Notes under the pieces: generated by a model
The model's input: only the letters and a program-made list of their open reading frames with translations
Database searches by the model: none
Told to the model about the DNA's origin: nothing
Translations under genes and position numbers: made by a program
NCBI GenBank assembly: GCA_000004695.1
Contig: CM000155.2
Coordinates: forward strand, 800,001 to 864,000
DNA length: 64,000 nucleotides
Source of the DNA: Dictyostelium discoideum
Taxonomy: Eukaryota
Direction: 5' to 3'
In this document: positions 58,431-64,000 of the stretch, one piece after another
How positions within the stretch are numbered: position 1 is the stretch's first letter
How the letters are laid out: every line of letters starts with the position of its first letter

Positions 58431-58562
58431 TAATTATTATCGCCCAACTTTAACATTTACAATTAATTGTTACCACTAACCTTCAAGATTTACCAATTTA
58501 AATATCCAAACTTTTTTTATTTTTATTTTTATTTTTAATTATTAATATAATTTCACTAGAAA

Positions 58563-58614
<52 letters not shown>

Positions 58615-58673
58615 AATATCTATATTATTATTACTTTTCTTTTAAAATTGTAGGGGAATTATAAAAAGGAATC

Positions 58674-58707
<34 letters not shown>

Positions 58708-58850
58708 GTAATTTATTTCCAAAATGATTTTATAACCTCATAAATTTTTTTTTTTAACTGAATTATTTTTTTTCAATATTTTTATTTTTCATTATTGTAA
58801 TCTATAACCAGTGTTGATTAGGAATAAATAAATGATATTCTTAAAAAAAA

Positions 58851-58910
58851 GTTTATAAAAAAGTTTATAAAAAAGTTTATAAAAAAGTTTATAAAAAAGT
58901 TTATAAAATA
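58851..58910. repeat. 12-bp minisatellite (AAAAGTTTATAA)x5
   Basis: Direct reading of aaagtttataaaaaagtttataaaa..., about 250 bp upstream of the tRNA gene. Confidence 0.9.
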
Positions 58911-59157
58911 ATCCAAAATTTAAAACAATTAATTTATTGAATTGTTTAAGAAAATAAAGTTTTGATCATTAATTTTGAAATTAAAAATCCAAACAAAAAT
59001 AAAAAACATTGTTATTTTTTGATTTAAAAAATAATTATATATAAATAAATTAATTAATAAACTATTTTTAAAATTCCGATAAAATGTTTTTTTTGGGGAA
59101 AAAAAAATTTAAAAAAAAAAATTAAATTTCTGTATTTAATCAAAAAAAATATAAAAA

Positions 59158-59228
59158 GCGTATGTGGTCTAGTGGTATGATGCATCCCTGCCACGGATGC
59201 GAACTGGGTTCGATTCCCAGCATACGCA
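59158..59228 (+). tRNA. tRNA-Gly (anticodon GCC)
   Basis: Acceptor stem is 7 bp (GCGTATG/CATACGC) plus discriminator A. A-box is TGGTCTAGTGG. Anticodon stem CATCC/GGATG with loop CTGCCAC. T-arm CTGGG-TTCGATT-CCCAG contains the B-box GGTTCGATTCC. CCA is not encoded. Confidence 0.9.
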
Positions 59229-59234
59229 AAAAAA

Positions 59235-59239
59235 TTTTT
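59235..59239 (+). terminator. RNA polymerase III terminator (T5 run) 7 nt after the tRNA 3' end
   Basis: Direct reading: ttttt after the discriminator plus A-run. Confidence 0.5.
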
Positions 59240-59261
59240 AGCCTTATTTGAAAAGTATGTA

Positions 59262-59272
59262 GGTTCGATTCT
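59262..59272 (+). promoter_or_regulatory. Extragenic B box (ex-B, GGTTCGATTCT) about 34 nt downstream of the tRNA
   Basis: Near-exact copy of the internal B-box consensus downstream of the gene. Ex-B boxes are a known feature of Dictyostelium tRNA genes and lie in the TRE3 target zone. Confidence 0.5.
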
Positions 59273-59520
59273 TACAGACATGAAAAAACAAAGAAATCCT
59301 CATCTAATTAGCAAAAATTATAAAGGAATTCCAATTGGATTTAATCTTAATTTAAACCGTACCGCTATCAAGAGGATACAAGATACACGTGAAAAGTAAT
59401 TCATCCTTTTCTATCCTTAATCTCGGTCAATTTTAACCAATCTTTCGAAAAAAATCACCAATCCACCACGATCTACAGATCTAACTTACCAAATCACCGA
59501 TTCAAAGGAATCCCATCGAG

Positions 59521-60854
59521 ATGAATTCCTACGCAGACGCGGCTAAAATGGCCAACCCCTCCACCCATATGGACGAGGCATCGGAGAACTTCATTAAGGA
59601 ATTCTCCACAAAAACAGCAGAGATAAAGGAAACTTACCCCAAACTATCAATAGGCCTCAAAGACATCTCCAAATACTGCGAGACCATATTGAACATGACT
59701 GCGCTCTCAACCTACGAGAAGAACAACGGATTCTACCCAATTACACTCGAATTCCCCAAAATGGATCTCAAGGGGTTAGAAGAAATGAGAAAAACACTCT
59801 CAAACTACGATATCCCAATCGACAAGATATACATAGGCAAAGGAACTAGAAAAATGATCCACCTGATGATTAAAAAAGAACAATCTCTCCTAAATATCAT
59901 TAGAGATAGAAGCAAATTGGGAACCTTCATCACCTCCAGTAGAGACTTCCACGTTCTCACAGGAAGAGTAAGAATTCCCAGAGAAAAGGCAGGAATAGTG
60001 GACGCCCTCATCAAAACTGCCTTTGCAGAAGAAATACCCTATGCAATATACAATACTATATACTCCACCGACCACCTCATAGTATTCGGTCTAATAGAAT
60101 GCAAAATAGGCGATCAAATGAAATCTGGCCAACACATTACAGAAATCGCAAACTTTACCATCAGAACGGCCACCAAAACCTACTCCTCACAAAAGAAAAA
60201 CAAGAAAGTAGAGACAAACAACACGGAGGAACCATTACCATCAGAACGGCCACCAAAACCTACTCCTCACAAAAGAAAAATAAGAAAGTAGAGTCAAACA
60301 ACACGGAAGAACCATTAGAAGATGAGATGACAGATGATCCTCCCAACATCCAAAACAGGATAGCAATCAAATCCTCTCAACCAAAACCACAACAACAAAC
60401 AAACAACCCAGCAAACAATAAGTCTGATAAACAATCAACCCAAGAGAAAAAAGCCCAATCAAAAAAGTCCTCTCAACCTCTTCCCCCCAAAAACCAAGCA
60501 GAATCTCAATCTGTCAAACCCACCACAACCACTACCACAACATCCAACGCCATCCAAAAAGACAATGCCAACAAAACGAGCACTAACATCCATTCATCCT
60601 CGGAAAACAGAGAGAAGACACCAAACATCCCTCCATCACATAAACGCAAGAACGAGGAAATCCACTCAAACAACGAGGTCACCCAACTCTCACCAACAAT
60701 AAACAGAAGCAACCCTTACATCCCATCCACCCCTAAGACACCTGTCAAAAAAGAAAGGAAAGGAATCATTGAGAGCTTCATAGAGAGTATCTACCCTTCA
60801 CCATCCAAACCGCAGCTATACGACTCCCAAGAGGAGATCGATATCATCTCATAA
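59521..60854 (+). CDS. TRE3-like ORF1 (nucleic-acid-binding/Gag-like protein), frameshifted by an 80-bp tandem duplication (60158..60237 = 60238..60317)
   Basis: ORF 59521..60291 and ORF 60099..60854 overlap in different frames and share the duplicated peptide TIRTATKTYSSQKKNKKVE(T/S)NNTEEPL. Removing one 80-bp copy restores a single about 418-aa ORF. Confidence 0.7.
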
Positions 60855-63700
60855 TGGTAGTAATCAAAATCAACCAATGGAATGTCAGAGGTTGGGGCAC
60901 TGACACCTCCTTCAAAAACAAAACAGACTTTATCAAATCCCAATCCCCCCCAAACTCATTGGCACTAACCATAGTCAATGAACTCAACGCCGACGCAACA
61001 CAAGCACACCAGCTATTTCCTGGCTCCATCATTAGCGCAACCAACAGAGGCAACGGAATAGGAATACTAAACCACAACAACCAAAACATAAAACTCTCAC
61101 CAATATTCATAATAGAAGGTAGACTAATAATATCAGACATTCTAATAAAAGATACCACAACGAGAATCTTGGCCATATACGCCCCGGCCCAACCTGATAA
61201 AAGAAAAATACTAGCTTCAACACTAAACAAACACTTCAACAACCAATACCACAACCTAACGTCTAACCCTAAAAAAAACATCGACATCATAGCAGGCGAC
61301 TTCAATTGTTTAGACTTCAATGACAATCACACATCAAATGATGACCAAGGCAACTTGACAACACAATCCCCAGATGAGATGGCCACAGTAATCGAAGCCA
61401 TCAGAATTTCAAATAACCTAATGGATATGGACCAACTAAATAAAAGACCCACCTTCTCAAGAACGATACACAACACAAACAATAACCTCACAAGAATCTT
61501 GGAAAGGAGACTAGACAGAATATACCTTAACAATAGCTTAATCAACTACAGCCAATTATACTTAAGGAACCTAATCCCCCCAAAAATTAACGACATACCT
61601 CTATCAGATCACAACTTCCTATCAACCACTTTCACTCTACCCAACATACAGATGAACAAGCGCAGATGGAGATTAAAAAAATCCTCAATCCTCTCAAGCA
61701 TAATGCTTAAGAAAATAGACTTCCTACTTAACGATTATTCAAGGGAGCTGTCATCCAACCATAACTCTATTTCCTTCTCTCAACTCAACAGCTTACTGAA
61801 CAAAATAAAACAACTATACACCGAATTTCAAAAACAAAACGACTACAACAATAAGGCAAACATCAAAAATCTAATCTCCCTACTAGAGACAGAATTTAAA
61901 GACCAAGCCTTCGCAACCCTTTCAGCAATAAATGAATCTAAAAAAAGAGAAGAACAACTTAAACAAGAATTGAACAACTATTGCGAAGAAACCTCACTCA
62001 AGTACATCTCCGCGAGAATCAAGAAAAGACACAATGATTTCACCATCAACGCAGTAAAAGATGCACAAGGTAGAACAATTAACAAACAGGAATTGATCGA
62101 AGAAGAATACGTAAAATATTACTCAAATCTTTATGACTACAAAGAAGATGACCCACTATCTCATTACGAAATGTTGGAAAATTGGACAGTGACCAGGGAC
62201 TCAACATGGGACAACCTTGAAAATGAATTCACCTCACAAGAAATCCTAGAAGTAATAAAACAACTGAACCCACACAAATCTCCAGGTCCAGATGGAATTC
62301 CAAACTTATTCTACATAACACACAAAGAAAAACTAGCTCCAATACTGGCCTCAGCATTCAACGACACTCTAAGAAATCCTCATCTAATTAGCAAAAATTA
62401 CAAAGAAGGCCTCATTATCACGATACCTAAAAAGGGAGACCCCGAACTAATCAAAAACAGAAGACCAATTACACTGGCTAACTGTATATATAAAATCCAC
62501 TCAAAGCTAATAAACAATAGAATAATCCCAATACTAACGAAAGTGATCAACCACAATCAAAAAGGTTTCGTACCAGGCAGATTCATTATAGATAATATCA
62601 TATCAATGAACGAATTAATCAACTATTGTAATGATAAAAGAATTAACGGAATAATTACACTATATGATTTCGAAAAAGCTTTTGACTCGATCTCACACGG
62701 TTCAATACTCAGATCACTACAACACATCAACATTCCAACCAATATAATCAACCTGATAATGAATCTACTCACCAAATCTGAAGCAAGAATTGAAATTAAT
62801 GGTAGAACTACTATACCCTTTGAGATCAAAAGAGGAGTTAAACAAGGAGATCCACTATCACCCACCCTGTTCGTCCTTGTAATAGAGGCTTTAGCTAGAA
62901 AAATTTTACAAGATGACCGAATTACTGGCCTTCCTCTAAACAACAGCAACCACAGAGAGAAATTCCAAAGCTTTGCAGACGACTCGGCTTCAATGGTCCC
63001 AGACTCTCAACAACTTGAATTAGTACTACAACACTTCAATTCATTTTGCAAAGCCACCTCCTCAAAACTTAACATCGACAAATCTTCATCAATTCTTATA
63101 GGCAACCCAGACAATACCAACCAAAGAATTCCAATATCTACAAATCCAGAAAGATACTTGGGATACTTCTTCACAGGTAAAGGGATAACAAGAAAAATGC
63201 CAGAAATATTAAACACAATAAGATCATCCTTAGTACTATGGAAAACCACTGACTCAACAATCAAAACCAAAACCAACATCCTCAAAGCATTCGCACTCTC
63301 TAAATTAACCTACTATTCATATGTAGAGAACTTTAAGGAAGAGGAATTAAACCAAATCAATAAATTAGTCGAATGGTTTTTATCGGCACCAAACAACAAA
63401 AATGCTAGTGGATTTCAAGTTATTAATTTAATGAGAACCAAAAGAGCAAGATACCCACTAAAAGTAGGGGGCTGGAACATTTGGAATATAGAATTGAGAC
63501 AACTGGCGCAGAAACTTTGGATCATAAACCAGTTCATCCTAGCACTAGAAACCAAACAAACAAACTCATCTCATCACAAAAGCTGGGAATATCAGATCCA
63601 AAAAAACAAATTCACATCCAGATACCTAAAAGAAAACTTACGAATGGAACAAAATAAGAATAAAAAAAAGCAATCTTCAACAATAATCTCACATCCATAA
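60854..63700 (+). CDS. TRE3-like ORF2: apurinic/apyrimidinic endonuclease + reverse transcriptase
   Basis: 948-aa ORF. RT block reads ITLANCIYKIHSKLINNRI ... ITLYDFEKAFDSISHGSILRSL ... QGDPLSPTLFVLVIEALARKI ... QSFADDSASM. Confidence 0.8.
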   Translation: MVVIKINQWNVRGWGTDTSFKNKTDFIKSQSPPNSLALTIVNELNADATQAHQLFPGSIISATNRGNGIGILNHNNQNIKLSPIFIIEGRLIISDILIKDTTTRILAIYAPAQPDKRKILASTLNKHFNNQYHNLTSNPKKNIDIIAGDFNCLDFNDNHTSNDDQGNLTTQSPDEMATVIEAIRISNNLMDMDQLNKRPTFSRTIHNTNNNLTRILERRLDRIYLNNSLINYSQLYLRNLIPPKINDIPLSDHNFLSTTFTLPNIQMNKRRWRLKKSSILSSIMLKKIDFLLNDYSRELSSNHNSISFSQLNSLLNKIKQLYTEFQKQNDYNNKANIKNLISLLETEFKDQAFATLSAINESKKREEQLKQELNNYCEETSLKYISARIKKRHNDFTINAVKDAQGRTINKQELIEEEYVKYYSNLYDYKEDDPLSHYEMLENWTVTRDSTWDNLENEFTSQEILEVIKQLNPHKSPGPDGIPNLFYITHKEKLAPILASAFNDTLRNPHLISKNYKEGLIITIPKKGDPELIKNRRPITLANCIYKIHSKLINNRIIPILTKVINHNQKGFVPGRFIIDNIISMNELINYCNDKRINGIITLYDFEKAFDSISHGSILRSLQHINIPTNIINLIMNLLTKSEARIEINGRTTIPFEIKRGVKQGDPLSPTLFVLVIEALARKILQDDRITGLPLNNSNHREKFQSFADDSASMVPDSQQLELVLQHFNSFCKATSSKLNIDKSSSILIGNPDNTNQRIPISTNPERYLGYFFTGKGITRKMPEILNTIRSSLVLWKTTDSTIKTKTNILKAFALSKLTYYSYVENFKEEELNQINKLVEWFLSAPNNKNASGFQVINLMRTKRARYPLKVGGWNIWNIELRQLAQKLWIINQFILALETKQTNSSHHKSWEYQIQKNKFTSRYLKENLRMEQNKNKKKQSSTIISHP

Positions 63701-64000
63701 AAAACGAAAATGGACAACCACTTTCACTGGCAGAATGGTATACCACAATTCAAGACCAAAATCCAATCATCCCTAAAACGGAATTCCAATCATCTCTAAA
63801 CTTAAGAGGCTACAGCTATAATCAACTCTTCAACAACATACTGAAGATAAAAGACCCTAAAACAAGAGACACAATGTTTAGATTCCATGCCAGATGCCTT
63901 CCAATAAACTACCTTCACAACAAACAATGCCCACTCTGCAAAGAAGATATGAGCAAAGACCCATACGGTCACCTGTTCTTCTCATGCAAGAAAACAAAAC

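Larger units (their letters stand above)
59283..64000 (+). mobile_element. TRE3-like tRNA-gene-targeted non-LTR (LINE-like) retrotransposon inserted downstream of tRNA-Gly. 3' end beyond the window. ORF1 is disrupted.
   Basis: Sharp shift to lower AT content and A-rich sense strand starts about 55-60 nt after the tRNA. Two overlapping ORFs follow, with ORF1 stop overlapping ORF2 ATG (TAATGG at 60852-60856). ORF2 carries APE-like N-terminus and RT motifs, including FADD (QSFADDSA). A Cys/His-rich segment (CPLCKEDMSKDPYGHLFFSCKK) lies after the ORF2 stop in another frame. Confidence 0.8.

Noticed and set aside
60506-63285. Minus-strand ORFs 60506..60712, 60844..61326, 61327..61545, 62623..62949, 63007..63285
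   Set aside because: Antisense to the retrotransposon ORF1/ORF2, whose sense strand is strongly A-rich. No independent support.

Overview
The window is an extremely AT-rich (~78% A+T) stretch of dictyostelid-type nuclear DNA, most consistent with Dictyostelium discoideum. The supporting signs are long poly(A)/poly(T) runs, (AAT)n/(ATT)n microsatellites, N/Q/T-rich low-complexity coding, short GTAAGT...AG introns, and a tRNA gene with an extragenic B box followed by a TRE3-type retrotransposon. It is a gene-dense housekeeping region, not a prokaryotic island, so there are no CRISPR arrays or operons.

Reading both strands and reconstructing introns by hand gives about 27 protein-coding genes. 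In window order they are:
- an ankyrin-repeat PARP (5' partial);
- glycolate/hydroxy-acid oxidase;
- a tandem-rhodanese sulfurtransferase;
- a spliced signal-peptide gene;
- eIF4E;
- a SART3/Prp24-like HAT+RRM protein;
- exportin-2 (CSE1/CAS, 5 exons);
- a PH-C2-RhoGAP protein;
- a Wee1/Myt1-type kinase;
- a WD40 protein;
- an MFS transporter;
- a tiny Cys-rich two-exon ORF;
- tRNA-His guanylyltransferase Thg1;
- a DCAF11/WDR23 homologue;
- a two-exon cystatin/stefin;
- an Asn-rich protein with a Cys/His-rich C-terminal domain;
- a stand-alone sedolisin pro-domain gene fragment;
- a GNAT-like acyltransferase;
- rps8 (with a 7-nt micro-exon);
- an RNI-like LRR protein;
- mitochondrial ACP;
- RFC2;
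- rpl13;
- a composite zf-PARP + UDG-like + FHA + PBZ DNA-damage protein.

The 3' end of the window holds a tRNA-Gly(GCC) with an ex-B box and a downstream TRE3-like non-LTR retrotransposon. The retrotransposon's ORF1 is split by an 80-bp tandem duplication. There is a 110-nt assembly gap at 41467-41576 and a single N at 30260.

The most interesting items are:
- the zf-PARP/FHA/PBZ multidomain gene;
- the ankyrin-PARP;
- the pro-domain-only sedolisin fragment with a splice-frame inconsistency next to the gap;
- the rps8 micro-exon;
- an imperfect inverted repeat in the rpl13 promoter;
- the rearranged TRE3 copy.

All domain calls rest on motif-level reading of the translations. No database searches were run.
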